DNA of 64,000 nt from Octopus sinensis (Eukaryota), in the NCBI RefSeq assembly GCF_006345805.1, contig NC_042999.1, positions 115,134,001 through 115,198,000 on the forward strand, in the 5' to 3' direction. Shown here in pieces: positions 51,860 through 64,000 of the stretch. The notes beneath the pieces are model-generated. The model was not told the origin of the DNA, did not search any database, and saw nothing but the letters and a program-made list of their open reading frames with translations. Each line of letters opens with the position of its first letter. Position 1 is the first letter of the stretch. The translations under genes were made by a program, and so were the position numbers.

Positions 51860-54800
51860 GGTATATATATATATATATGTATGGAAATTGTAGCTGTGTA
51901 AAAAACACCCACTACACTCACGGAATGGTTGGCGTTAGGAAGCGCATCCAGCCGTAGAAACATTGCCAGATCAGACTGGGACTGGTGATATATATATATG
52001 TATATATATATATATGTGATATATATATATGTGCGTGTGTATTTGTCCCCCCCCCCATCATCGCTTGACAGCCGATGTTGGTGTGTTTTCGTCTCCATAA
52101 CTTAGCGCTTAGGCAAAAATGACCGATAGAATAAGTACTAGGTACTTATAAAGAATAAGTCCTGCGGTCGATTTCTTCGACTAAAGGCAGTGCTCCAGCA
52201 AGGCCGCCGCATTTAAATGACTGAAACAAGTAAAAGAATTAGCCAAAGTATACAGTATCATAGATTTATTTCAACCAATTTTAACAATCGGTTTCGCATC
52301 TGATATTAAGATAATCAGCCGATTACCTAATAATTGCACTAGTCAGAGATGATAGGCATAGAAAAGAGAAAAAGTACTATATGGATACACTAGATTTATT
52401 TATTTGGAGCTAGGGTGTTACTGTGTCGCTTCTCCAAGTTTTCCTTTATAATTACTTTCCTCAAAGTTATGTATGTTCTCATCTATATTTAATTATTTGA
52501 AATCTTCTGCAAGGAAGGGGCTAGTTTCCAACAACGATACAAAAGCTCTAACGTGGGAATGTAGATAACAAAAACAGTGTCACGTGTTCTACTTGAAAAA
52601 TGTCTTACATATTTTTACTGTTCTGTTTACAGATTGTATTTGTAAGGCACAAGTTAGCTGGGCGGTTCCTTTTTCTGAAAACCCTAGCCTTTCCAGATTG
52701 TTACATAGACATTTACTTATGAAACCAAGTGTATGAAATATCAATAAGAATGTGAATTTATAATGTATAAGCTGGTATCGAAGCAATTGTTCATAATTAT
52801 TCCCCCCCCCACTCTCTCTCTCTCTCTCTCTCTGTAATTATGTATATATACTCCTTGGGTTTCGGTTCCCACAAACAAAATTTGAGTGCAGGTTACTCAC
52901 ATGAATAATTAAAAAATGAATGTCAAATAAAAAGACAAACTAATTTCATTTTTAATAAAAGGAAATATTTCCTCCCATGATTTTCACAAGCCAGTTCAAA
53001 GAAGATTTACCACGCTAATCTGCCATCTGACAGAATTTCTATATTGGCCACTGTATTGATAGAGGTGCAGTAAATCAGCTCAATGAACAATGTCCGTGAG
53101 AACTTCTATGTGATTTATCGCCTGCCAGAAACAACAGCCAAATACCATTCAAATGAAAATCCTTGTCTAAAAGAATGAAAAGAAAAGAAGTAAAGCTATG
53201 GAATTGAAAAGCAAAAGAAAACATGAGACAATAGTGATGACAACGTTTTCCAAAGAAGTATACAATGTCGCCATTATTCTTGCCACTGTCACTCCTGTCT
53301 TAATCGCTCTCTCTCTCTAGTGTTGCTCGTACCCCAATCGCTCTCACCTTTACCGTTCATGCCTCTATGCCTTATTTCTTTGTATCTCATGTCTCGATCA
53401 TCATCTGGTCCACTTAATATCAACAGCCATCATTTGCTCTTACAATTTACCAACTTCTTGCTATTTCTTTTTCCATGCCTCTTCCAGCCTCTCACTCCAT
53501 TTTGCTTCTACCATCACACTCTAGCTTCCCTTTCCCACCCTAGTTCTACTGCCTGTGTGTTTGTTAAATCATACTCAGCTCCTCAGCTCGAACACACAGT
53601 GACAAGGTCTCTCTAAACTTACAGGGTACAAGACAAGTCCATTAGCGTGGATAACACCATTAGTGCTGGTGTCACTATAAATCCACCCAAAACACTCTGT
53701 AAAGTGGTTACTAGGCGAGCGGAGTCGTAGGGTCGAGAGGATCCTGTACTCTTGTGGAGGAGATGCAACCTCTGTGGAACTAGTGCCGTGATAAAATACA
53801 CTCAGTACACCACGTAAAGTGTAGAGTCGAGAAGAATCTTTAATCTTGTCGAGGACATGACAACTGCTCTGGAGTTTATGTCACGATAACACGCACTCAA
53901 TACACTCTGTAAAGTATTGTTAGAAAAGGTATTAAACTGTAGAAATCAAACCAAAAATGAAATGTACGAGCGACATGTTCTCCAAAACATCTAAAGGGCA
54001 AAACCTCGGAATAAGAACTCTCTTAAAGATCTCTGTCTTGGACTGAAATGACCCATCCAACCCATGCCAGCATAGAAAACAAATGTAAAATGTTTATGAA
54101 ATTATGCATACATACATTGTGAAATGTGTGGTCGCTTTGACGAATGAGAGTTCAGCAAGACACAGCTGCACATTGTTCTGTGGAAACGACCATCATCCAA
54201 TGGTTATGCAAGGTTAAAGCTGAAGATTTCCTGTAGCATCCTCTACCTGTCCCCGTTGCCTTTTCCCTACCGCTAATGGATATATGAAGAAAGTGTGATA
54301 GTGTTGGTGCTCGTGTCTTGGTTTGCTGAACAACCGGCATAATGAATACTATTGTAGTGAGCATGGTTTATATAGAACCAGTCTCACTCTCTCATTTTCA
54401 AATTTCTAATGGTCTGATGCAACAAGTGCCATGAGCTCAAGTTAACGGGATATAGGATCTGTATGGAGTTACTGTCTCTTAGATGAACAGCTAAAGAGCT
54501 GAAAGGACCTCATCTGCCATGGGTCCTTTGGGGCGCCTGTAGATGACCTTCTTCTAGAGGTAATTCCGTGACGTACTAAATTAACCCATAGCTGGGATCC
54601 TGCTACTACTGCAGGTCAGAGTAGATCTGGGAACAATAGTGGCTAAGAGATGTCTTCCACATTCCTCTAAACTCTAGAAATCCCAAACCAGGACCCCACT
54701 ACCGGATGCAGTTTAAAATAATACTTAAGACACACACACACCTTTCATAATATTATTATTTTTTAATTATTAATTTAAGCTTTCTAAAATTTCTGATTTC

Positions 54801-54913
54801 TATGTTTAAATATCGCAGATTACGTTTCTTTAATAACAAGGAAGTTAAAAATTTCTATTGCTCTTTCAATTTTCGTTAGAACTCACCTTTTCCGTTCAGA
54901 GTTGGCCGTAACT

Positions 54914-55125
54914 AAGGCGGCGAGCTGGCAGAAACGTTAGCAAGCCGGGCAAAATACTTAGCAGTATTTCGTCTGTCTTTACGTTCCGAGTCCAAATTCC
55001 GCCGAGGTCGGCTTTACCTTTCATCCGTTCAGGGTCGATAGATTTAGTACCAGTTGCATACTGTGGTCGATCTAATCGACTGGCTCCCTCCCCCAAAATT
55101 TTGGGCCTTGTGCCTAGAGTAGAAA
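54914..55125 (+). mobile_element. Monomeric Meta-core SINE, near full length
   Basis: aaggcggcgagctggcagaaacgttagc ... ggccttgtgcctagagtaga followed by an A-run. Confidence 0.88.
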
Positions 55126-57751
55126 AAAAAATTAAGAGTTGGCTGTAACTTTTACCTTTTTTATTCTCAAGTCGTTTTTTCTGAATTGTGTTTTTAAACT
55201 CAGGAGCGAGATTCCATACACACTCACACGCATATATATATATATATATGTATATATAAGATTTGGTGCCTTGCAACTACCTGTCCATTAAAAAAAAATG
55301 TATACGTTATATATAATTTTATGCCTTACAACTGCATGTTTATATTTTATTCTATCATGTATTAGACACAAACGGGATAAACAATCGTATAGAGTCTCTC
55401 CGCATTCTCTAAGAAGATGCTTCCTTGTAAAGAGACAAGAAAAGCAATTATAAACATTTTTTAGGCGTAGAATTCTTAAAATTCAACTGGAAAAAAAGAA
55501 AAATGATATATTGAGTCTTAAAAAATATTATTATTTTAACGCTAGCAACATATGTAAATAGATTTCGAAATCGTAATATCAGCTTGCATTAACTAAATTG
55601 AATGAAAATCCTTAATACAAAACTGCTTAGCGACTAGCAACGAACGACTCTGTAGAAATACAATAGTGTTAATGAGGAAAACATACATGGTTCATAAAAA
55701 AAAAGAGCTAAATAAATAAATAAGTGAAAAATATTGCAAGAACAGATGTATAATGGTATTACAACTGAGAATTAATATCAACGTGGTTGAAATAGGTGAG
55801 CCCTCTAACGTATGACGTGTGTTCTTATTTTGACAATAGCAATAATGATTTCTTTTATTGGCCTCAAGGGCCCAAGACATGGAGAACAAATCGATTTTAT
55901 TGCAAAGCTAAAGCGTATCGTGATGTAATTTAACAGGATTAAGGGGGAATTTACTAAGCGAATTCCAAAGACAAACAACAATGTCACCAATAATTTTGTT
56001 CCTGTACAAGCTGCGTAATCTAACTATTAATTATTGAATTTAAAGAATTAAATTTTGTCCATAATCAAAAAGTGGCAAACTGAAAGATTAGACAGCGTGT
56101 TCATTCGCGTGTATATATTCTTTCGTTGGCTACTGGTTCGAATTCGAGAAGTTAAATTACTATTTAACCCAACACTAATACATTTCAAAAAAATTTATTA
56201 TCTTATAGTCAGGGGAGGGAAGGCAGTACCTATGACCCTTTGCGGAGCATCTGAGTCAGACGGGAGGTATTCGCAGATTGGAGACCTGACCCGAATGTTT
56301 GCTACAGCACTCTAAGTGTCAGTTGGTGATGTGGAACCGGGCGACAGATAAAGTAAAATAATGTTTCTAACACTAATACAATGGAATGAAATAGATTAAA
56401 TCGAATTCGGTAATTACCTGACAGGTATTATCAACGACCCTTCTCCACCGATAAGAAAAGTCAAGTCGATCTCGGGTCGGATTTGAACTCAAAACGTGAA
56501 GAGACGCAACTAGAAAATTAGAGGTAATTAGTCCGGCACACCGCTGATTTTGATATTCACTGCCCTCAGTATAAAATATCGTAAGGAATCTTACGAGGCA
56601 ATAAAATTTACTTTCACTGTGAATAAAGGTTTCTTATGCACAGGACAGCAAATCTGTAAGAAAGGGGAATGGATGTTATCACAAAAAATTAGCAGTTTAG
56701 GGTTCTTGGAATCAGCTAATCAATGTATTTTCGTCTTTAAATCATTTGTCAAAAACTAAATATAAATTCGTCCAGCAAACTAAATCAATCTATACAAATC
56801 TAATCAAGAAATTAAATACTTAAATTTAGATCAATCGAGAAGTAATAAAGTGATTGAAAATAAGTTTTTTTTTCAATTAAACTAAAAAGAAAAAAGAGAA
56901 GAGAAATGAAAATGAAAGATAGGTATTCGTAACTTTCCCATGCGCATTAATGGCGAAAGTGAAATAAAATAGCGCAAATGAGAAACAAACTGTGCTGCGA
57001 GTTCAGCTCACTGAGCTTTATAGTTTTATCTGAAATTAACAGTGAAAGTATTTTTAAAAAATCTAAATTTAGATTTCAAATATGTTTTATTATACTTGTT
57101 TATACTAAAAGAAATATATACAAAACGGATTTTTTGCAGTAGAGTTTTCAAACGAAAACTAATGAGTTCTCATCGACCATATCACCGGCGGTGTCAGCTA
57201 TAAATTTGTTCATTTTATTAAAAAAGGCCAAATTTGGTTCCGCATCAAATTTCATTTCTGTTTCACTCGTTTCGCTAGTTGATTTCTTTCTCTTTTCTTT
57301 CTTTCTTGAATTGGCGTATAAAGTTAACAAACCGATATTTTAATATATCAATAGTTGAAAAACATAAAATAACATTAGTCGAATTTTAAATGTGCTATCA
57401 ATATCTCATATTGCTTTTATTTTTGCCTGTATTGCTAAATTGTATCCCAAATCCTTTCTAACAATGAATTGTTAGGCTAAATAAGCATCAGAAAACATTA
57501 TTACTCATTACGAAAATAAAGTAGATTCAACTTCGTTTTCACAACACTTCCTAAATTTAGCATATTTGTTTAGTTACTTCCTTCCGCCTTGAGACTTGAG
57601 TGGATAAGACAGATATAGGCTTGTGAAAGGAATTGCTGCTGTTATCAGTTCACAGCAATTGCCAGCGTTATGCTCTTTCTTTTCCTCTGAACTTATTGCA
57701 AGCCTCGCTGTTCGTATCAGTCTTATCGAGCCCAAAACGGAGACTTCACAC

Positions 57752-59039
57752 CAATAGTTCTCAACCAGGGCCCATATTATCCTTGGGGGTCTATATAAAA
57801 GTTTCTGAAATTTATGTGCAATAAGTTGATATTCTACAATATTCAAGATGTTTTTACAATTTTAAAAATTCAATCTCTCTATATATAAAACTGAGAATGT
57901 GTGTCTGTCTGTGTGTTTCCCTAAAACTTGAGAACTACACAACCAATTTTATTCAAATTTTACACATGCCTGGGGAGTGCCATCGGCAAAAAAAATGTTC
58001 AACTTTTTGCCTAGGGCGAGCCCACAGCAATATCATATCTCCTCCACTACGATTCCCTAAAACTTGAGAACTACACAACCAATTTCATTCAAATTTTACA
58101 CATGCCTTACTTAGGGTCCATGTAGTTTCATGGGCAAAAAAAATGTTTAACTTCTTGCCTAGAGCTAGCCCATAGCAATATCATATCTTCCCCACTATTT
58201 CAGTAATACGTGTTAAAAGTGAAACAAAAACATTTCTCTATTTTATGTCAGATACTTTCACTTTAAAAATAAAAATTAGAGATAATAACAACAATTGAAT
58301 TATATGTAGTAAGTAATAATTAAAATCAAACTAAAGTATAATATAATCGTAACATAACAAAAGTAAAAATAGCAATTGGTATAAAATTGCATCAATGACT
58401 TGAACTTGAATAAGTGGTTTCACATGAATAGGAATAAATTAAAAATAAAATTAGCGTGCAGAAATGAAATAGTCCAGATGGACTATTATACATAAAGGAC
58501 TATATCTAACCAGAGGCGATAAATTCGCCACAATAGAAGCAAGGTTTGAGTCAACAGAGCGTGCAAGGGAGTACTTAACTCGAACCTTGCAAAGTGGAAA
58601 TATTTTATTTTCACCTTTATATTTGGGGCGTAGGACGTCCCGGATAAAAATTATAAATGTCTCCCCAGAAGTAGAGGTAGGCTGGATTGTAGCCACACTT
58701 CTATACAAGAGGGAGGACAAGATACAATTGATCGAAATTGTAAGAGACGGGCCTACAATTCCAGTCTGTTATATATTTTTAGTATTGTTATCACTAGCGA
58801 TATCAAGATATAACTTTGTATTTTGTATTTTATGTGTAGGTGTATATATATAGATGTACATGTAATATGTACACATATACATGCACTAGCACTATGACCC
58901 GGCAACAACGGGTCATAATGCTAGTTCTTAATAATATTTTATTATGAAAATATAATAGGCTCTTTTAAACATCAAATAATAATGAAAGTCTGCCTTAGTA
59001 AAACAAGAATCAAAGGTAAAAAAATATTGAGAACTAATG
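57752..59039. mobile_element. Old hAT-like MITE split by a Helitron insertion
   Basis: TIRs caatagttctcaa (57752) and ttgagaactaatg (59027-59039) bracket the Helitron. Confidence 0.6.
57874..58924 (+). mobile_element. Non-autonomous Helitron (~1.05 kb)
   Basis: A|TCTCTCTATATATAAAA 5' end, subterminal hairpin GACCCG-N7-CGGGTC, CTAG|T 3' end, no TSD; ~137-bp internal tandem duplication (near 57918 and 58055). Confidence 0.88.
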
Positions 59040-59702
59040 CTCTACATAATGCTGGAGAACTAATACTCTACAACGCTTGACCTGCAAGAAATAGCAGTCC
59101 AAACTCCCTTAAACTACACCCAGCTGTTTTGAACACAACACGTAGACTAATGTAGTTTTGAGATTTTACACTAAGGAAAAAGACTAAATGGGTCACAACC
59201 GGAGTACCTATAATCGTAGGACCTCTCTATAAGAGTTGACTTGAATCTATAAAAAAACTAAATAGATAAAAAAAACAGGAAAAACATTAGGCTTATCATC
59301 ATTGACAGGAAGAATATTGCAACTTAAAGTGATTACCCTTAACATGAAGAATTTGTTGCCTATATGGGCATGCATGATCTAGAAGAATGAATACATTTCA
59401 TTTTTGAGAGTTGAGGTGGGAAGAAATAGCTTTCTGTTATTACACCTACAAATTATGATAACAACAAAAAGTTCCAACACTTTGAAAGGTAAACTTTCTT
59501 GGGGAACTGATTATAAATACTTCACTAGTTTTGCCTTATCTGCTTTAGTGTTGGAGATACAGTGAATTCTTACGTGTGCTTCTGTACCTACTCCTGTACC
59601 AAAATTAGGGACACTTATTGAAACTTACTTCAGTTTTGGTGACTTACTTTGTCAATAACATTGTCATATCAATTCTTGAAGATTCTCCAAATGCGGAAAG
59701 TA

Positions 59703-60390
59703 GCTGTCAGTAAGGTGAGGGTTGGCAACAAGCATAACAATGAATTCAGAGTACAAATAAAAGGTCACCAAAGATCAGTTCTCAGCCCCCTGTTGTTCAT
59801 CATAGTCCTCCAGGCAATAACAGAGGAATTTAAGTCAAGCTGCCCCTGGGAGCTCCTCTGTGTCAACGACCTTGTTCTTATTGCTGAATCACTACCAGAA
59901 CTAGTGAAGAAATTTCAGGTGTAGATGTGGTATGCAAGAGAGACAGCTGCACTGATGTAGTCATGTGATGTGTATAGATGAGGACAGCTGTATAAAGAAG
60001 TGCCTGTCTCTAACTGTGGAGGGAACCTGTGGAAGAAATAGACCCAGGAAAACTTAGGATGAGGTGCTGAAGCACAATCTTTGACAGTTGGCTCTCATGG
60101 AGGCAATGACAAGTAATCAAGATCTTGGGCAATTTGCTAGGCTTGAGAAGACTTGTCAACTGAAATCATAGTTGTGGGCAGTGTCGGTGACACATAATTA
60201 CGCTCATGTCAGTGACATGTAAAAGGCACCCACTACACTCTTGAAGTGGTTGACATTAGGAAGGGCATCCAGCTATAGAAACGATGCCAAAATCAGACTG
60301 GTACCTAATGGGAAGAAAGTGGGAAATTCCAGTAAAACCATGTAATCCAAGCCAGCATGGAAAGCAAACACTACATGATAATGATAATGT
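59703..60390 (+). mobile_element. RTE LINE fragment with internal deletion and 3' tail
   Basis: AVSKVRVGNK..HQRSVLSPLLFIIVLQAITEEFKSSCPWELL joined directly to the C-terminal segment; tail ttaggaagggcatccagc..atgataatgataatg. Confidence 0.88.
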
Positions 60391-60404
60391 TGATTAACTA
60401 AACA

Positions 60405-61250
60405 CTCACTGTTTTAACCAACGTGAATTGAACAATCTTGTCAGAGATATGAACTTCTCAAAGGAGTTTTCTGATTGAATGAAAAGAATTTATTTCATTC
60501 CGGGACTAAGACTACATTTTATGTGTTTTTTGTAACAAAAATAAAAAATTAAGAAAGAAATGATGTCAGATGCCTTTTGAAGGAAATAGGTATTTTGGAA
60601 TATATGCCATGTAAACGGTGGCTTTTCATCGACAGCTCTAAGCTCTAAGCAAAGTTTAAAATGTATCATTTTACACACTGACAACAAATATGACTCAGTT
60701 CTAACTGGTCGTAGTACCAGTTTGAAAGAAGAGTACAAGATAATCCCTTGTGTCTTAGAGATGATGTGTCATGAGCACCATTGAGTGGTTTCTGTAAACC
60801 TAAAGATGGTAGGTTTTCTCTTTCATAAGCAAGGCACTAAATAGCTAAATGTTTTTCCGTCTTTGGAACAGCAGAGCAAAAGATGACCAAAGAATGGTGT
60901 TTGAGAGAAAATATGATAGCAGGAGAAAAATTGTTTTCAATGATCTTTTGGTTAATCGAGAGAAAAATAAAATCATCACACCAATATCACATATCAAACT
61001 TGTACTGATAAAACAATTTGCAAAAGCTTTAAACAAAGAAAGTGTCTGTTTTGCCTATTTGTGCAGTAGATGCACTGGATTGAGTACAGAAACATAAAAT
61101 AGGAATATTTTTATGTCTCACAAGATAACAGAACTGATAAAAAAATTCACATTTCATAGATTCAATGAATAACACTGCATTCTGTACCTGGTCTTGGTTT
61201 GTTCTAGTTGTTTTTCACGTAATCGCAAACTCAGTAGCCTAGAATTTTGA
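60405..61250 (+). mobile_element. Decayed DNA transposase, Chapaev3 (CMC)-like; may extend upstream to ~59250 across the RTE
   Basis: Broken frames give FNQRELNNLVRD, LFIDSSK, SLKCIILH, LKEEY, NLKMVGFL, LWNSRAK, HIKLVLIKQFAKALNK..CFAYLC..GLSTE, matching the remembered LHIKLGLMKQFVKAL family motif. Confidence 0.7.
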
Positions 61251-62186
61251 GATCCTTTGTAGAAACTTCCCGCCCAGCATAGATTCTACTAAATATCTAG
61301 AATGAACACTGTTAAGCTGTCATACTCACCCCTTTGAACCTAGGGTCTCTAATTACCATCTCTATTAGATTTAAGCTAAAAGGCTGAACAAATGGGATTC
61401 TGCATCCAACAGTGCATAGAGATCCCTCACCCACCCATCTTAAGTGTAAGGGTATTGACAACACCACTTGCTGACAACCAGAGCAATGTGCTAGTGATGT
61501 CTCCATCTTTAATGTATGCGACACCACCAGGCTGGCAGCATCATCACCTACCACCACCATCCAGGACGCTATCATAGCTGGGGTCCATCCCACCCCACTT
61601 ACCATCACCTGACGAAATGGGAGCCTGTAAACTCTCCCATTTTAGGATTAAATGCATGTACCTGTAGGACCTCTAAAATCTACCCACTGAACAGGTACTG
61701 TATGAGGGAAAACATAGTCTAAAAATGGATAGAGTAACACATAATCCTATTAGGTACTACACTGGATCCACAGCTGGTCTCATTAAAAGTAGGATTTCTG
61801 CATACCTACACTCATCTAACAATGACAAACATCAGCTCTCTATATCTCTTGTCAAATTTAAAATCAGTTGGCTGATTATCAACATGACCCCACCTTACTG
61901 ACCTTTGCCAGTGCCATCATTATAGCAAATGACCCATTCCTACTCAATAAGTACAATGAGCTGGTAATTAATTGAAAACACTGCTTGAAATGCCTACTTA
62001 ACATCTAATACAGAGTAGTCTGTCCCTTTATATGAGAATCCCCCCCCCCCTTTCCTTTCACTCTCCATCTTTAACTGGACCTGTGTATCTAGTGCACTGC
62101 TTGCTACAGGTTGGAATTATTACTGAGGTTTTATTGATGCACTATAGTCCTCCTCCTCCCTCTCCTCCTCCTTCTTCTTCTTCTTC

Positions 62187-63480
62187 TTTACGTTCTGAGT
62201 TCAAATTCCGCCAAGGTCGACTTTGCCTTTCATCCTTTCGGGTTCGATAAATTAAGTACCAGTCAAGCACTGGGGTTGATGTGATCGACTTACTCCATCC
62301 CCACAAAGATTTCAAGAAGGATTATTATTATTATTATTATTATTAAGGTGGCAAGCTGGCAGAATTGTTAGCATGCCAGACAAAATGCTTAGCAGCATTT
62401 TAGCCAGCCTTACATTCTGAATTCACATTCCACTGAGGTTGACTTTGCATTTCATCCTTTCAGGGTTGATAAAATATGTACCAGTTATTCACTGGGGTTG
62501 ATGAAATAATTACCCGTTATGTACTGGTAGTCCCCTCCCCTAAAAGTTTCAGGCCTTGTGCCTATAGTAGAAAGGATTATTATTATTATTATTATTAAGA
62601 TAGAAAGCTGATAGAACTGTTAGCACATTGGGCAAAATGCTTAGTGGAATTTCATTCATCTTTATGTTCTGAGTTCAAATTTTGTCAAGGTCAACCTTGC
62701 CTTTTATCTTTTCAGGTTTGAGGTCAATGTATTGAGACCAATGTATTGACTTTCACCTCCCTTCAAAATCTGCTGGCTCTGTGTCAAAATTTGAAAAAAT
62801 TATTATTATTGTTGTTGTAGTTGTTGTCATTATTATTGTTATTATTGTTGTTACTGACACTATTTACTATTTTGTATTATATCAATTTGCTGTCATAGGT
62901 CAACTTTGACTTTCGTCCTTTCAGGGTCAATAGAATAAGTACCAGTTGTACACTGGGGTCGATATAATAATCTTAATCCCTCCTCTGAATTTGCTGGCCT
63001 TGTACCAAAATTTGAAATCATTATTATTACTATTATCAAGGTAGTGAGCTGGCAGAATCGTTAGCATGCCAAGCGAAATGCTTAACAGTATTTCGTCTGT
63101 CACTACTTACTGAATTCAAATTCCAACAAGGTCATCTTTGCCTTTCATCCTTTTATGTTCAATTAAATAAGTACCAGCTATGCACTGGGGTCAATGTAAT
63201 CGACTATCCCCCCAAATTTCAGGCCTATAGTAGAAAGGATCATTATTATTATTATTATTATTATTATTGTGATGAAGTAGCAGAATCATTTGCATATCAC
63301 ACAATGCTCAACTTTATTTCTTGCAATTTTCTATGTTCTGTGTTAAAATTCTACTGATGTCAACTTTACCTTTCATTCTTTCAGAGCTGATGAAGTAAGT
63401 ACCAGTTGAGTAATGGAGTTCATGTAGTCATCTTGCACCCTCCTACAAAATTTCAGGCCTTGTGCCTAAAGTAGAAAAAA
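62187..63480 (+). mobile_element. Head-to-tail array of about six Meta-core SINEs separated by (ATT)n
   Basis: Meta cores near 62220, 62440, 62690, 62900, 63130 and 63360, with differing levels of decay. Confidence 0.85.
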
Positions 63481-63565
63481 TTATTGTCATTATCATTGTA
63501 GTAATTCTTGTTATACATATTATATATACTTGATAATACTATCAAGTACAATACGTATGTGTGTA

Positions 63566-63598
<33 letters not shown>

Positions 63599-63805
63599 GC
63601 AAGTGGCCTAGTAGTTAGGGTGTTGCATTCATGATCATGAGATTTTGGTTTCGATTCCTGGACCAGGTGAATGCACTTTGTCACACATCACTCTGCAATC
63701 CCTTTGACATCTAATGTGAGGCACACCATGTCCCTTTAACAGATAACAGTGATTTAATGAAGAGAGTGAGCCAATGTGCAGCACAAACTTTTGATCACTG
63801 TAAAC

Positions 63806-64000
63806 CAGTGGTTTTCAAACATTTTTTTTTACCTATAGACCCCTTTGATCACTATTTTACCCTGTTGGACTCCCATAGCCATTTGATGTTTAAAAACTAG
63901 TTTAAAAGATACTTCTTTCAAAATTCCTATTGTTTGTCACACATTAACTTTTGTAGGTTGAACTATGTAAAACATTAAAGAAACAAATTTTGCTGTTTCT
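63806..64000. mobile_element. hAT-like MITE left end, cut by the window edge
   Basis: cagtggttttcaaacattttttttacctatagacccctttg terminus. Confidence 0.5.

Noticed and set aside
57148-57330. 60-aa minus-strand ORF with protein-like composition
   Set aside because: No splice signals or recognisable domain, and partly low-complexity.
61188-61238. 51-nt minus-strand exon candidate (LLSLRLREKQLEQTKT), and a similar one at ~59648-59703
   Set aside because: Both lie antisense within or beside the Chapaev3-like and RTE relics.

Overview
AT-rich, microsatellite- and transposon-dense eukaryotic DNA. The SINE and LINE repertoire looks cephalopod, most likely Octopus (inference). One protein-coding gene is clear: a DP-family transcription factor (TFDP, the E2F dimerisation partner) on the minus strand. 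I read 10 coding exons by hand (18059 to 660; 1081 nt; all GT-AG and phase-consistent); the last exon(s) lie left of the window, and a CpG-rich promoter sits at about 18.1-18.7 kb. The remaining ~45 kb has no recognisable host gene. It holds RTE LINE fragments, Meta-core and other tRNA-derived SINEs, a Helitron nested in a hAT MITE, a young Merlin-like MITE, a piggyBac-like MITE, and decayed Tc1/mariner and Chapaev3-like transposases. Most interesting: (i) short fold-back elements carrying minimal hammerhead-ribozyme cores, one with an intact core; (ii) a 10-residue in-frame gap in a normally conserved DP segment; (iii) multimeric SINEs whose ~184-nt unit is bounded by GT...AG; (iv) a Helitron carrying a captured ORF fragment. 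No database search was run, so family assignments and ortholog comparisons come from remembered motifs.
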